In this document: positions 24,295 to 34,174 of the stretch, in pieces
Numbering within the stretch: the stretch's first letter is position 1
How the letters are laid out: each line of letters opens with the position of its first letter
Source of the DNA: a virus
Virus record (IMG/VR): IMGVR_UViG_3300031977_002889
DNA length: 64,000 bases
Direction: 5' to 3' (one strand)
Program-made: the position numbers and the translations under genes
Notes under the pieces: model-generated
Database searches by the model: none
Seen by the model: only the letters and a program-made list of their open reading frames with translations
What the model was told of the DNA's origin: nothing

Positions 24295-24668
24295 TTTTCT
24301 AGTAAAACCTCCTGTTTTTCATAAGCTTCGATTTCCCAAGGCAAATTTAAATACTCTTCACGAGTCTTCCAGAACACAAATTCGGAATACAATTCTTTAC
24401 GAATGTATTGCTTAACATGTACCATTTCGTGAAATATGCATGTGACAAAGTCTTCATAATCTTGAGTCTTATCGATTTGTAACTCGTATTCTCTATCATC
24501 GATTTGTTCACATGTACCCTGATAACCATCCATTTTTTTCAAATGGATTTCTATATAACAATTATTTATACGAGGAAACAACTCTTTCCAAGCAAATAAA
24601 GCGGCCTCTTCTGCAAGCCGCTTTAGTTTTTTATTTCCACCTTCTATTAAGATCATGATGCTACACAA
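24186..24668 (-). CDS. HEXXH zinc metallopeptidase-like protein
   Basis: IFHEMVHVKQY...Y..LPWEIEAY. Confidence 0.75.
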   Translation of the reverse strand: MCSIMILIEGGNKKLKRLAEEAALFAWKELFPRINNCYIEIHLKKMDGYQGTCEQIDDREYELQIDKTQDYEDFVTCIFHEMVHVKQYIRKELYSEFVFWKTREEYLNLPWEIEAYEKQEVLLEKWNIHSEYHLKNQGLNKKKVGIITKILSSNKCVELC

Positions 24669-24910
24669 GTAGGAATTTGACCTTCACGAGATTGGCCAAG
24701 AATGCCAGTGATGTAATCAGCACGCATAGTGTCCATATTGGTGGTACGAATTGAACCCCACTTCCAAAGACCACGATCATCGACTTCGTTATAAAGTTGT
24801 TTATGACAAATATCAGCTAATTCTCCATCTTTGAATTTTTTCTCAAAGAAATCACCTTTTGCATTAGTAGCTGTAACCATCCATTTGAATTCCATAACAT
24901 TCTCCTTCAT
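24653..24910 (-). CDS. Hypothetical early protein
   Basis: AAGGAG ribosome-binding site (true start probably the second Met); downstream of a promoter. Confidence 0.65.
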   Translation of the reverse strand: MKENVMEFKWMVTATNAKGDFFEKKFKDGELADICHKQLYNEVDDRGLWKWGSIRTTNMDTMRADYITGILGQSREGQIPTCVAS

Positions 24911-24921
24911 TTGATATAACT

Positions 24922-24965
24922 ATCTTACACTATTCAGTAGAGAATGTACATGTTTTTTTTAAAAT
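24922..24965 (-). promoter_or_regulatory. Phage early promoter (A-tract, TGTACA-N17-TAAGAT)
   Basis: Second copy of the motif. Confidence 0.75.
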
Positions 24966-24991
24966 TCTTTTTGTTTGAAATCAACCACTTA

Positions 24992-25549
24992 TCATTTATT
25001 TAGGTTTAAAGTTGCCTCTATTTTTTCTCTGATCACATAGTGCGCGTACATATCATTTAACCATGTATGAGCATAAGGTTCAATACCAAATCCAGTCCAA
25101 TCGAAAGCAATAGAATCTAAATCTATTAAACAATAATTTCCTGGGTGTCTCATAAGAATGTTATCAATTGAAATGTCAATATGCTTAATTAATTTACCTT
25201 TATAAGCAGAATAATTTATAAATGCTGAATTAATATTAGAAACTATTTTTATGCATTGTAAAATAGATTTGCCCCAATATGTAATATCACCAGTTTTAAG
25301 ACATAAATTATGTTGATCGTCAATCCAGTCCCTCATACTTTTTCCAGAATATTTTTCCATTATTATTTCTTCACCCGGCGTATATGAAATAATAGTTGGT
25401 AAAAAATCCATATATTGCGCTAGCTCGAAATAGTTATTAAACCATTCTTGATTATAATTTTTTCCATATTTTTTACTAAATTTTTTAATGACTGTATTAT
25501 CATCACAATATACTGACGATTCTCCTTTCGTTTCTTGTAGTAACTTCAT
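24992..25549 (-). CDS. Protein-kinase-like (APH/Kdo kinase/RIO-type) enzyme
   Basis: VIKK, IIMEKY.G, HIDISIDNIL, LIDLD. Confidence 0.7.
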   Translation of the reverse strand: MKLLQETKGESSVYCDDNTVIKKFSKKYGKNYNQEWFNNYFELAQYMDFLPTIISYTPGEEIIMEKYSGKSMRDWIDDQHNLCLKTGDITYWGKSILQCIKIVSNINSAFINYSAYKGKLIKHIDISIDNILMRHPGNYCLIDLDSIAFDWTGFGIEPYAHTWLNDMYAHYVIREKIEATLNLNK

Positions 25550-26187
25550 TTTTTTATTTTTTTCTCATGGACTATAGCTTCAACATTATCACTTACTGGC
25601 ATTTTAAATCCATTATGAATATGATGAATATTAAATTTTGTCTTATTAAACTCTTTAAACATACCTGTCCAAATAGGTCTCCAATTTGTAGAGAGTTTAT
25701 TATTCTGACGAGGATCTCTTACAGAACTCAGATAAAAATCTGAACAACTATTTAAATTAAAATCAAACATAGAATCAAATCCCCACATATTGATTTCATC
25801 TGCCTTTAATTTATTTGCCGCATAATGTACCGCCATATGGCCACAACTAAAATTTGTGTACATATTTCCTTGCGTATCGTCTTTATTTACTTTTGCATAT
25901 GGAGGTAAATTTAAATAAAATTCTTTTACTTGAGAAGCATGTTTCATATAGAAACCTGGATATTTTTCCATATGAATTTTTGGACGATAGCCTAAAATCC
26001 ATTGACCTGGTGCTTGTAAAGATCCATCAGTCAATGCTTTCATAAATTTAAAATCAACTATGCATGTTGCATAAGCATCTCGCACAGGAAAGGGAGGAAG
26101 ATTACATGTAAGCTTTAATCCTTTACGAGGTTCTCTTTGATAAAGGCTTGCCCAATCTCCGTTACCAATTACATGAACTACTTTCAT
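25546..26187 (-). CDS. Putative Maf/GT29-like fold glycosyltransferase
   Basis: VHVIGNG...TCN...SCGHMAVHYA....ADEINMWGFD. Confidence 0.5.
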   Translation of the reverse strand: MKVVHVIGNGDWASLYQREPRKGLKLTCNLPPFPVRDAYATCIVDFKFMKALTDGSLQAPGQWILGYRPKIHMEKYPGFYMKHASQVKEFYLNLPPYAKVNKDDTQGNMYTNFSCGHMAVHYAANKLKADEINMWGFDSMFDFNLNSCSDFYLSSVRDPRQNNKLSTNWRPIWTGMFKEFNKTKFNIHHIHNGFKMPVSDNVEAIVHEKKIKK

Positions 26188-26459
26188 TATTTTCTTCTAT
26201 TCCTTGATTGCCTTAATTCGTGCCGCCAATCGGATTCTTTTTGAGATTGTTTTTCCCACCAATCATCATCATAACCTTCTGCATAATATCTTAATCTTCT
26301 ATCCATCTTTTTTGCCATACCATAAGCCTCTTCTAAACGCTTAATAATATCTTTACGATCTGGCATTTCTTCAGCAATAATATCATATATTTCTCTGTGT
26401 ACTTCACATATAGTTCGCAGTCCTCTTACAGCACTATGAGAGGTGTCTTTTATACTCAT
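26187..26459 (-). CDS. Hypothetical protein
   Basis: Translationally coupled ORF. Confidence 0.65.
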   Translation of the reverse strand: MSIKDTSHSAVRGLRTICEVHREIYDIIAEEMPDRKDIIKRLEEAYGMAKKMDRRLRYYAEGYDDDWWEKQSQKESDWRHELRQSRNRRK

Positions 26460-26461
26460 TT

Positions 26462-27073
26462 TTACAAACTCCCTGCTATTAGTTTTTTTATATGAATATT
26501 ACCTTTATAACCAGTCCAATGATGAATCAAAGGATTAGGCGGTACAGTATTATCTAAATGGTCTATTCGCAAAACATTAAATCGTCTTGGAATATCAGAA
26601 ATATATATCATCCTCTTCAAATCATCTTTTAACATATAATGTAATGTTTCTTGATCGCCTTGTATGGGGCTTTGTTCTACTGCGATACTCCAATCTTTTA
26701 AAACTTGAATTGGTCCTTGAATCCCAACCACACCAGAATTATGCCACATTTCTCCTGATCTTGTGGACCATGGAAGATCTTGACACATTGCCAATTTATT
26801 TGGCTCAATGTATTTCCATATTGTATCTAAATTACCAAGTACTTCACAATCTGTATCTAACCATACAACTTGATCTGCAAGTGATGTTGCATCTAACATT
26901 GCTGATGGTTTCTTAAACCAACCCTTGGCAAGTGGATTAAATTCATCAAAATCGTAGATCTTAATTGGTATATCATTCCATTTTTTAAAATTTTCAAGGA
27001 ACCATGGCAACTGCCAACGAGTTCGATGATCACAACCAGTAATAAAAAGTTTAGATAATTTCGTATTGCTCAT
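26462..27073 (-). CDS. GT-A fold glycosyltransferase
   Basis: WFKKP..M, VVWLDTDC, HNSGVV, GDQETL, FN, IHHWTG.KG. Confidence 0.8.
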   Translation of the reverse strand: MSNTKLSKLFITGCDHRTRWQLPWFLENFKKWNDIPIKIYDFDEFNPLAKGWFKKPSAMLDATSLADQVVWLDTDCEVLGNLDTIWKYIEPNKLAMCQDLPWSTRSGEMWHNSGVVGIQGPIQVLKDWSIAVEQSPIQGDQETLHYMLKDDLKRMIYISDIPRRFNVLRIDHLDNTVPPNPLIHHWTGYKGNIHIKKLIAGSL

Positions 27074-27698
27074 TATAATTATGTTTCGCTAAGCATCCCG
27101 TTTCATTTTGAATTGTGGTAAAACTATCTTGACATTCTACTGGCCAAGGATATTTTTCTTGTAAACCTGGAAATGTATGAATATTCAAAAATACATCTGT
27201 AGGTCTTGCATTACGTTTAGCTTCATAAACTAATTGTTCTGCGCCTTTTGGTGAAACGCAATACGCATGAGCACCTGGAAAATATGCTTTCGAAGTCAAT
27301 GGACCTTCACCAATTCTTGGCATATTATATTTACCATACGACGGAGAACCAAGATTCATAGCAACAACGGGCTGTAATTGACTGTTAATATTATTAACAA
27401 TAACTGCATCGTGTTCAAAGATAAAAAATGTTTTATAGGATTCGGCACATTGTTTCCATAATGTATAATGAGATAAGAATGCTGCAATACAATTAGGAGT
27501 ACGAGAATATCGTTCTATAAATCCACGTTTATCGATACCTTCTTTTGTAAGAATGCCAGCCAAATCATCTTTAGGTGTAATAGCTGGAAACATTTCGATG
27601 TTTATACCGCCATATCTTTGGCCAGATTCAATACATCGTTCAGCTGCTGCGACCGACTTTGGATTATCCATAATTGTGATTACAAAATTATTATTCAT
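27051..27698 (-). CDS. Glycosyltransferase family 25
   Basis: FPAITP, AFLSHYTLW, IFEHDA, GAHAYCVSPKGA. Confidence 0.85.
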   Translation of the reverse strand: MNNNFVITIMDNPKSVAAAERCIESGQRYGGINIEMFPAITPKDDLAGILTKEGIDKRGFIERYSRTPNCIAAFLSHYTLWKQCAESYKTFFIFEHDAVIVNNINSQLQPVVAMNLGSPSYGKYNMPRIGEGPLTSKAYFPGAHAYCVSPKGAEQLVYEAKRNARPTDVFLNIHTFPGLQEKYPWPVECQDSFTTIQNETGCLAKHNYNEQYEII

Positions 27699-27916
27699 TA
27701 TCCACCTACGTATATGTCATTTTTAGGTCTGTACCAATGTTTTTGATGATGTATTCTTCCAAGTAAATTTTGAATTTCGTGCATTTCTTCTTTCAGTTTT
27801 TCTGATGTATCACCACTTGCAATTGCGATACCTCTTCGACCAGCTTTAGCTCGTAATGCGTGTTCGATTATTTCTATATCTCGTACTGATAAAGTAAAGC
27901 TTGTGTTTGGTTTCAT
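27698..27916 (-). CDS. Hypothetical protein
   Basis: Coupled ORF ending LLGRIHHQKHWYRPK..YVGG. Confidence 0.65.
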   Translation of the reverse strand: MKPNTSFTLSVRDIEIIEHALRAKAGRRGIAIASGDTSEKLKEEMHEIQNLLGRIHHQKHWYRPKNDIYVGG

Positions 27917-28608
27917 GTGGTTGTTGATGGAAGTCCTTGAACTCTCGTATAAAATTTACGAGTAACTCCCATTCCTTTCACTAATTGTTTACACATTAAA
28001 GCATCATTTGGCCATAACCCATATTTCTTTACTAACTTCAACAGTTGTTTTGCTCCATCTGGTTTAATTATGTATGCTGAATTACCAGCTAAACCTTGTG
28101 GAACATTTACAGAATCAACTGTAGGAACTGGAACAATATTGTCTTTTCCTTTACTTGCAATTTCCATAAATTCACGTGCTTTTCTTGTGGCGTATAAAGG
28201 ATTATTAATACCAATAATTTGATGATTAGACCACAAAATCTGCTCATCTAATTTATTAATAAAAACTGCATCGTGTTCTAAAATAAGAAATGGTTTTGCA
28301 GCTCCTGCACATTGTCTCCAAAGTTTATAATGACTTAAAGCACACGCCATTCTTGCAGCAGGATTTGATGTACGATATGCTGTTTTTTTCAAACCAGTGG
28401 TAATGTCAAATACTTCACCTTGCCATGGATAATTCCATTGTATCATATAATCGATAAGATTGACACCAACTTCATCAGGAGTTACTGCATCAAATTTATC
28501 AATTCTAATATCATTTTCTAATGTTTTTGATGAATGAATACATATTTCAGCACCTTTTTCTGAAATTTCATTATCTTTTATTCGTATAACTCTTGCTTCA
28601 ATATCCAT
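27913..28608 (-). CDS. Glycosyltransferase family 25
   Basis: FDAVTP, ACALSHYKLW, ILEHDA, GNSAYIIKPDGA. Confidence 0.85.
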   Translation of the reverse strand: MDIEARVIRIKDNEISEKGAEICIHSSKTLENDIRIDKFDAVTPDEVGVNLIDYMIQWNYPWQGEVFDITTGLKKTAYRTSNPAARMACALSHYKLWRQCAGAAKPFLILEHDAVFINKLDEQILWSNHQIIGINNPLYATRKAREFMEIASKGKDNIVPVPTVDSVNVPQGLAGNSAYIIKPDGAKQLLKLVKKYGLWPNDALMCKQLVKGMGVTRKFYTRVQGLPSTTT

Positions 28609-29266
28609 GTGACATATTCAAATTTGGTGACTTAAAGGTAAAATATTCTGGAACTATGTATTCTAATTGTACATTATAACTATTAATAAAGAAATCACTT
28701 TGTTCCCATCCATATGTTCTAAGAGTATCAAGTAATCTTTGAGCACCTTGAGGTGTAATAGCATAAGCACCAGTTCCTGGCATCATAGCTGCACCTTTCC
28801 ATTGATTATTATGTCTGTATATAAGAGGAGTATCTCCATATTGTAAACAACCAAATCCGAGCCATGGTTTATTTTGTACATGGTCGAATACCGGTTGTTT
28901 GAAGGCAGATTCAGCATTTAAAATAAGAATTTCTTTGAATGCTGTTTGATTCCATTTACGAATATTTCCTACGTCTTGTTCTAAAAATGCTACAGGCTCA
29001 TTTAGTTCTATACATTTTTCCCAAACACGAACATGATTTGTAAAGCATGCTTTTTTAGCATTATACGTTTTAGTATTTTGTCTTTTAAAATCTTGAATAC
29101 GAGCACCTTCAGCATCAGGATATTCTTCATATTCAGATAAAGTCTCAGGTGTAACACCTTCTAAAAGTTCAGCATCAAATCCAGACTGATAACAACTTGC
29201 TCTACATTTTTCTGCTTGCTTTTCTGATTCTTTATGACCTTTTACATATATTACAAATGATTTCAT
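28598..29266 (-). CDS. Glycosyltransferase family 25
   Basis: EGVTP, ACFTNHVRVW, FLEQD, GTGAYAITPQGA. Confidence 0.85.
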   Translation of the reverse strand: MKSFVIYVKGHKESEKQAEKCRASCYQSGFDAELLEGVTPETLSEYEEYPDAEGARIQDFKRQNTKTYNAKKACFTNHVRVWEKCIELNEPVAFLEQDVGNIRKWNQTAFKEILILNAESAFKQPVFDHVQNKPWLGFGCLQYGDTPLIYRHNNQWKGAAMMPGTGAYAITPQGAQRLLDTLRTYGWEQSDFFINSYNVQLEYIVPEYFTFKSPNLNMSHGY

Positions 29267-29832
29267 ACTTTAATCTCATATTGATTATTATAAAAATTAT
29301 TTAAATCAACTTTATATTCTTCTACAAATCGATCAACCCCTTTAACAACGCCTTTTTTATTTCCGTAATCATCACCAAAAATAATACCACCGCCATGAGA
29401 AGTAAGATGTTTATATGTGTTTACAAGGTCTTCATAAACCCCGTCTTCATCATGTGCAGCATCAACATAAAACCAATCAACCTTTTCATCAAACATACGA
29501 AAAAAACGTTTTGTATCCATTCTCCAAATTTGAACGTTTAATTTTTGTTGAAATCTTTGACAAACACTTTCATATATTTGATCGTAATAATTCATAAATT
29601 CTTTTGGTGTATTTCCACCAGTAATACCAGAATAACGTTTTAAATAATCTTCATATGATTCTAAATGTTTATAAGGTTCAACACTCCACGAATCAACTAA
29701 ATGAAGCTTTCGAGTTTTTTGAGACATTAGCTCAGAGCTATCACCTTTCCATACACCAAGTTCTACTCCTACAGAATAATTTGGCATCCGTTTAATTGTT
29801 TCATGAATATTTCTATTCGTACCTATCATCAT
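29263..29832 (-). CDS. Class I SAM methyltransferase (Methyltransf_24-like)
   Basis: GVELGVWKG, LVDSW, DWFYVDAAH, GGGIIFGDDY. Confidence 0.85.
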   Translation of the reverse strand: MMIGTNRNIHETIKRMPNYSVGVELGVWKGDSSELMSQKTRKLHLVDSWSVEPYKHLESYEDYLKRYSGITGGNTPKEFMNYYDQIYESVCQRFQQKLNVQIWRMDTKRFFRMFDEKVDWFYVDAAHDEDGVYEDLVNTYKHLTSHGGGIIFGDDYGNKKGVVKGVDRFVEEYKVDLNNFYNNQYEIKV

Positions 29833-30620
29833 TGGACAAGTTCCATCAATCTTTCCACATCTTCACCTCTTTTTGGTAATTTATCTTTCAAAAAGAAATG
29901 GACGAAATGTGCTTGTTTAATACTATTCATATCTATACCAGTGAAAAGACCATTCCATTTCCAATCAAGATCTTTGATTCTCATTCTTTCTTCTTTAATC
30001 CATACATTTAATAATGTCTGATCTGTAGACCATTTCCATGCACCCATGCCATCAACGAATGGTTTAAATTGTGGACGTCTTAAAAATTGATGAGGTGTTT
30101 CTCCATTTAAATATTTAGAGAATCGTTTATTCAAAACCATCATTCCCATATTATAAAAATCTGCACCAGCTTTATGTTTAAAATCAAAAAGCTTATTGAT
30201 TGGACTCATACCATATTGCATACGACTATAGTTCGCAATCTTACGATCGTATTGTGGAGTAATAGGCATTTGTCTTTCCATAACAAATCCAGCATCATAC
30301 TCATCAGTTAAGTCTTCAAAAATATTTGGTGCATCTGGACGAATCCAAATATCTGCATCAATAATTGCGATCTGATCATATTTTGGGAAATAAGTAAAAG
30401 CATTTTCTTTTTCAAAGATTGGTAGATAACCACCATGCTTTTCATATGATTCTTTACTGCGATTTGTAGAGAATACATCTGGTTTAATTCTTAAAATAGG
30501 ATGACGTTGGACCTCATGATCGATACCGTATTTTTTACAATATTCTGTCACTGATTGTGTACAATGATCGTAAAGACGTGAACGAGATCCAACGTATACT
30601 TGATAAATCAACCGTTTCAT
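29829..30620 (-). CDS. GT-A fold glycosyltransferase (GT8/GT34-like)
   Basis: IAIIDADI, YNMGM, TDQTLLN, WKWNG, FVHFF. Confidence 0.8.
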   Translation of the reverse strand: MKRLIYQVYVGSRSRLYDHCTQSVTEYCKKYGIDHEVQRHPILRIKPDVFSTNRSKESYEKHGGYLPIFEKENAFTYFPKYDQIAIIDADIWIRPDAPNIFEDLTDEYDAGFVMERQMPITPQYDRKIANYSRMQYGMSPINKLFDFKHKAGADFYNMGMMVLNKRFSKYLNGETPHQFLRRPQFKPFVDGMGAWKWSTDQTLLNVWIKEERMRIKDLDWKWNGLFTGIDMNSIKQAHFVHFFLKDKLPKRGEDVERLMELVQ

Positions 30621-30637
30621 AACAAAACCTTTTTAAA

Positions 30638-30940
30638 TTAGCGGCCTCCGCCACCTTTGTTCATCCATGCTGACATGCCCATGAATGCACCAACAACACC
30701 CGCTTGGGCAATATAAAAGAGTCCAAGTAAATCAGCAAGTGCTGCTACTCGAGATTCTTTTACTAATGGTGTAAATAACAATAGTGTAAACACCACCATT
30801 GAAGCAATAGCTGACCATGCCATATATCTTTGTTGTAGCTGTTTTCTATCAGCCCTCTCTATTTCAGAGAGATCTTTCAATCTTGCCATTTCTTCATCAC
30901 TTAACTCATGACTTCTTTCTATGTCCTCTTTGTCCACCAT
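30638..30940 (-). CDS. Two-TM membrane protein (holin-like); probable start MVDKED
   Basis: Two hydrophobic helices; AAGGAG ribosome-binding site before 30940. Confidence 0.55.
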   Translation of the reverse strand: MVDKEDIERSHELSDEEMARLKDLSEIERADRKQLQQRYMAWSAIASMVVFTLLLFTPLVKESRVAALADLLGLFYIAQAGVVGAFMGMSAWMNKGGGGR

Positions 30941-31088
30941 AATAGTACTCCTTAATGATGGTAGCAATTTCTTTAGCTTCACCATAACCATTACGAAGAC
31001 GATTTGATTTGTGGCCATTTTTTAAGAACCACATAATACTATCTATATCAGATTCCCGCGATGGTAGCGAGAACCGATCTACTAGCAT
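30906..31088 (-). CDS. 60-aa hypothetical protein (probable start MLVDRF)
   Basis: Non-overlapping portion of track ORF 30906..31247; TATAAATA at 31093-31100 immediately upstream. Confidence 0.55.
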   Translation of the reverse strand: MLVDRFSLPSRESDIDSIMWFLKNGHKSNRLRNGYGEAKEIATIIKEYYYGGQRGHRKKS

Positions 31089-31095
31089 TTCGTAT

Positions 31096-31626
31096 TTATA
31101 CCTTAAAGCGAGAACTTCGAATAAAGTCAAGTGCTTCCTCCATTTTAGGGAATAGATAATCTTCAAGATCGTCTTCATTAGCTTGATATCGAATACCGAT
31201 ACCACCAGCTTGATTCCAACGAGCGATGTTTGTAGGTTTATCGTCAATCAAAATATTAGGACTACCATCATAAGTATTTGTGGCATAACGTTCTTTTTGA
31301 CCTGTAAAAATACAATTACGAACTTCGGGCATCCAAAGATGAGATTCTAACCAACGACGTTTCCAATAAGAAGAGTTTGCAAAATCTCCACGTAAAGGAG
31401 AAGAACAGATTCCGTATCCTAAACTGCCAACTTCATCATGAACTTTTTCGATAAGTTTACCAGCAGTAACAAAAGGCAAAAGATCATAGAAAAAGCTTGT
31501 ATTACGAAGATTCGTAATTGATTCTTCTATATCTAATTCTTTCCAATGCTGAACATTGTAATAATCTTCAAGACCGCCAAAGAAATCGGCGATCACTCCA
31601 TCCATATCTAAGTAGATAATGCTCAT
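31096..31626 (-). CDS. HAD-family 5'(3')-deoxyribonucleotidase
   Basis: IYLDMDGVIADF, K..W, ILIDD...NI..W...GGIGI. Confidence 0.85.
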   Translation of the reverse strand: MSIIYLDMDGVIADFFGGLEDYYNVQHWKELDIEESITNLRNTSFFYDLLPFVTAGKLIEKVHDEVGSLGYGICSSPLRGDFANSSYWKRRWLESHLWMPEVRNCIFTGQKERYATNTYDGSPNILIDDKPTNIARWNQAGGIGIRYQANEDDLEDYLFPKMEEALDFIRSSRFKV

Positions 31627-31651
31627 GTATTCTCCTTTTTAATTATAGTAT

Positions 31652-31690
31652 ATTCTACCATATATTGGAGGCAATGTACATGTTTTTTTC
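31652..31690 (-). promoter_or_regulatory. Phage early promoter (A-tract, TGTACA-N17-TAGAAT)
   Basis: Third copy of the motif. Confidence 0.75.
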
Positions 31691-31714
31691 TGATTTTAGA
31701 TGAAAAAATACAGG

Positions 31715-31743
31715 GTTTACAAAATACCCAAATGTGGTATAAT
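31715..31743 (+). promoter_or_regulatory. T4-early-like promoter GTTTAC-N17-TATAAT, facing into minus-strand genes
   Basis: gtttac aaaatacccaaatgtgg tataat, with an upstream A-tract. Confidence 0.55.
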
Positions 31744-31752
31744 TAACTGTAG

Positions 31753-32220
31753 TTAGGGGAGAGGAGAGGTAACCTCTAAAATAATTTGTATAATTTCCCG
31801 ACCCGTTTTTGATTTTTTAATTTTTTGTCTAACTTTTTTATCTTTAGTATAGTCTCTTACGAATAGAAGAGCGTCCAATTTTATTTTAAATAAGTCTGGT
31901 TGCTCAATGTCATCATTAAACATTTTTGCAAAAAAATTCAAAAATGGATTTTCTGTTTTTTTCTCGTATCCTTCTGCTTCAGCAAATCTTTTTGCAATCG
32001 ATTTATTTCGAATAGTCGCGGTTTCTAATCTTTCGGTTGTATTTAAATGTATATCTGTTAATGAAACATATTCTAAAAGTTTATTAAATTTTCTAGTCCC
32101 TACTAATATATTTTCAACACGAGTACCGTCTTCGCTATTAATATAAACTGATACTTGTGTTTTTGTATCATTCGTAAAATACGCATTTATAATTATTTCG
32201 TGTTCATCAATCATTACCAT
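31753..32220 (-). CDS. Hypothetical protein, repeat-less paralogue of 38916..39977
   Basis: Shared N-terminus (AYFTN / AEFIT) and C-terminus (MFNDD....DLFKIKL...KIKKSK / IFNED....TLFKSKL...KVRKAK). Confidence 0.65.
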   Translation of the reverse strand: MVMIDEHEIIINAYFTNDTKTQVSVYINSEDGTRVENILVGTRKFNKLLEYVSLTDIHLNTTERLETATIRNKSIAKRFAEAEGYEKKTENPFLNFFAKMFNDDIEQPDLFKIKLDALLFVRDYTKDKKVRQKIKKSKTGREIIQIILEVTSPLP

Positions 32221-34172
32221 TTTCCAGACAATTTAAATTCATATTGAAACGATTTATCAATTTTATTAAGAAATGCATCTTCATTTGTCTTAAGATCATA
32301 TGTATTATGAATAGTATAATTACCATCTCGATCAATATCAAAATTAATTAAAGATTTATAATTATAAAATTTACCTTTATCAAACATATATTCAAATTCA
32401 GTTATATCTAAATCTGTAGTATCATATTTTAACTTAATTTTATATCCACCTCTAGCTCTCCATATCATTCTCAATAATACAAAGACTTCATTCATGGCTG
32501 AATTTGCAAAATTTCCTAAATCAGATTTAATAATGTTATAATCAAAATCGTATTCGTATTCTAATTCATTATTAAATTTAGATTCGTCTTGAAACTCAAT
32601 GCTAAAGTGTTTTAAAACATTTCCATTTTCATGTGAATTTAAAATTCTTTTATTTTTATTATCACCGTGTATAACAAATGGCTTTTCAAATTCGTTACAA
32701 ATTTTAATCCAAATATGCATATGTTTGACTCTTAAATACCGATGAAATCTAGTATTTTTAAGATCTTTAGTGTACCAAGCTCCAAACCATGGGTTATCTC
32801 TTTCATTTAGATTAAATTTTTCTCTATCGTCGTACGCAGTACCTGGAATATCCCACAATCCAGTGCCAGGTGCAATTGAATGAATTCTTCTTCTATGATT
32901 CCACAATAAATTAAGGCTATGAGCAAATGCTTCATGATCTTCTTCTGGTGCTCCAATAATCCATAACGCTACAGTATTAACATTATGTTTTTCTCCAGAA
33001 ATAATATTTGCATTAATATCTTCGATAGTATTTTTCTTATTAATAGCATCTAATACTTTTTGACTACCCGATTCGAATCCATAATTAAAACTTCTTCCAC
33101 CAGCTTTATAAATCAATTTATAAAATTCATCATCCATTCTTTTATCAGCACGAAGATATCCAACCCAACTAATAATACCATCTGGATCTTTTTCTATTTT
33201 ATATTCTAAGAATCTTTTGAATTCTCTAATATTTCCATTCATTAAGCTATCGGCAAAAAATACAAATGTTGTACCATGTTGTTCATATTGATACATCATT
33301 TCATCTACAACTTTTACACCGTCACGATCTCTAAATTTCCAATACCATACTTCTTGGCAATATGTACAACGCGCTACACAACCTCTGGTTAATTCTGTAC
33401 AAACAGAATTTGAAAGTTTGTACATTTCTAATGGAAAATCACTATAATCTGGAAAAGGAAAACTGTCTAAGTCAGCTCTTTTTTTTCCATATAAACCACC
33501 AATAACTTTGCTTTTTGGTTTAATACCCATTTCCCAATCGTCTAAAAAGTCAAATAGATTTTGTTCTGATTCTCCAATAAATGAATAATCAACCCAAGGG
33601 CGTACTGCACTTCCATCCTCGCGTGATTGCCATTTCTCATCCATACATTCTGGGCCACCATATAATATGGTAACATCAGGCCGATTTTCTTTTATTTTTT
33701 GCGCAACATAATCTGTAGAATGGATATTTGTGTGATAAACAGTAAATCCAATTATATCAGTTTCAATAGATAATAATTCTTCAACATATTCATCTAAAAA
33801 ATCTTGATATGATGGTAATATTTTTTCTTCAAATCTATCAACAGAATCCCACCACCAATAACTACTTGGTTCCCATGCATCTTTCATTGCGGGATCTTCA
33901 AATCTTAAATACTGATATGAATCAATATTAAAATCAAATCCGTATGTTTTATATCCAGCCGTTCTAGTAATTGCAATAAGTCTTGCTAAATTATATGGAG
34001 GCATTAATGGAGCCCACATACCCATGATAACAAAGGCAATACTTGTTTTACGAGTACCATGTTGAATTTTTATTGATTCAACACCTTGCCGTTTTTTTCT
34101 TATATCTTTAGATATTTCTACTGGAGCTGTAGATAGCAATAAGCTATCGTTATTTGTTTTATCTAAACTCAT
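32214..34172 (-). CDS. Cobalamin-binding (class B-like) radical SAM protein
   Basis: N-terminal B12-binding-like region (PPYNLA, IIGFT, ILYGGP, IGESE), TRGCVARCTYC, GFESGSQKVL. Confidence 0.88.
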   Translation of the reverse strand: MSLDKTNNDSLLLSTAPVEISKDIRKKRQGVESIKIQHGTRKTSIAFVIMGMWAPLMPPYNLARLIAITRTAGYKTYGFDFNIDSYQYLRFEDPAMKDAWEPSSYWWWDSVDRFEEKILPSYQDFLDEYVEELLSIETDIIGFTVYHTNIHSTDYVAQKIKENRPDVTILYGGPECMDEKWQSREDGSAVRPWVDYSFIGESEQNLFDFLDDWEMGIKPKSKVIGGLYGKKRADLDSFPFPDYSDFPLEMYKLSNSVCTELTRGCVARCTYCQEVWYWKFRDRDGVKVVDEMMYQYEQHGTTFVFFADSLMNGNIREFKRFLEYKIEKDPDGIISWVGYLRADKRMDDEFYKLIYKAGGRSFNYGFESGSQKVLDAINKKNTIEDINANIISGEKHNVNTVALWIIGAPEEDHEAFAHSLNLLWNHRRRIHSIAPGTGLWDIPGTAYDDREKFNLNERDNPWFGAWYTKDLKNTRFHRYLRVKHMHIWIKICNEFEKPFVIHGDNKNKRILNSHENGNVLKHFSIEFQDESKFNNELEYEYDFDYNIIKSDLGNFANSAMNEVFVLLRMIWRARGGYKIKLKYDTTDLDITEFEYMFDKGKFYNYKSLINFDIDRDGNYTIHNTYDLKTNEDAFLNKIDKSFQYEFKLSGKW

Positions 34173-34174
34173 GA

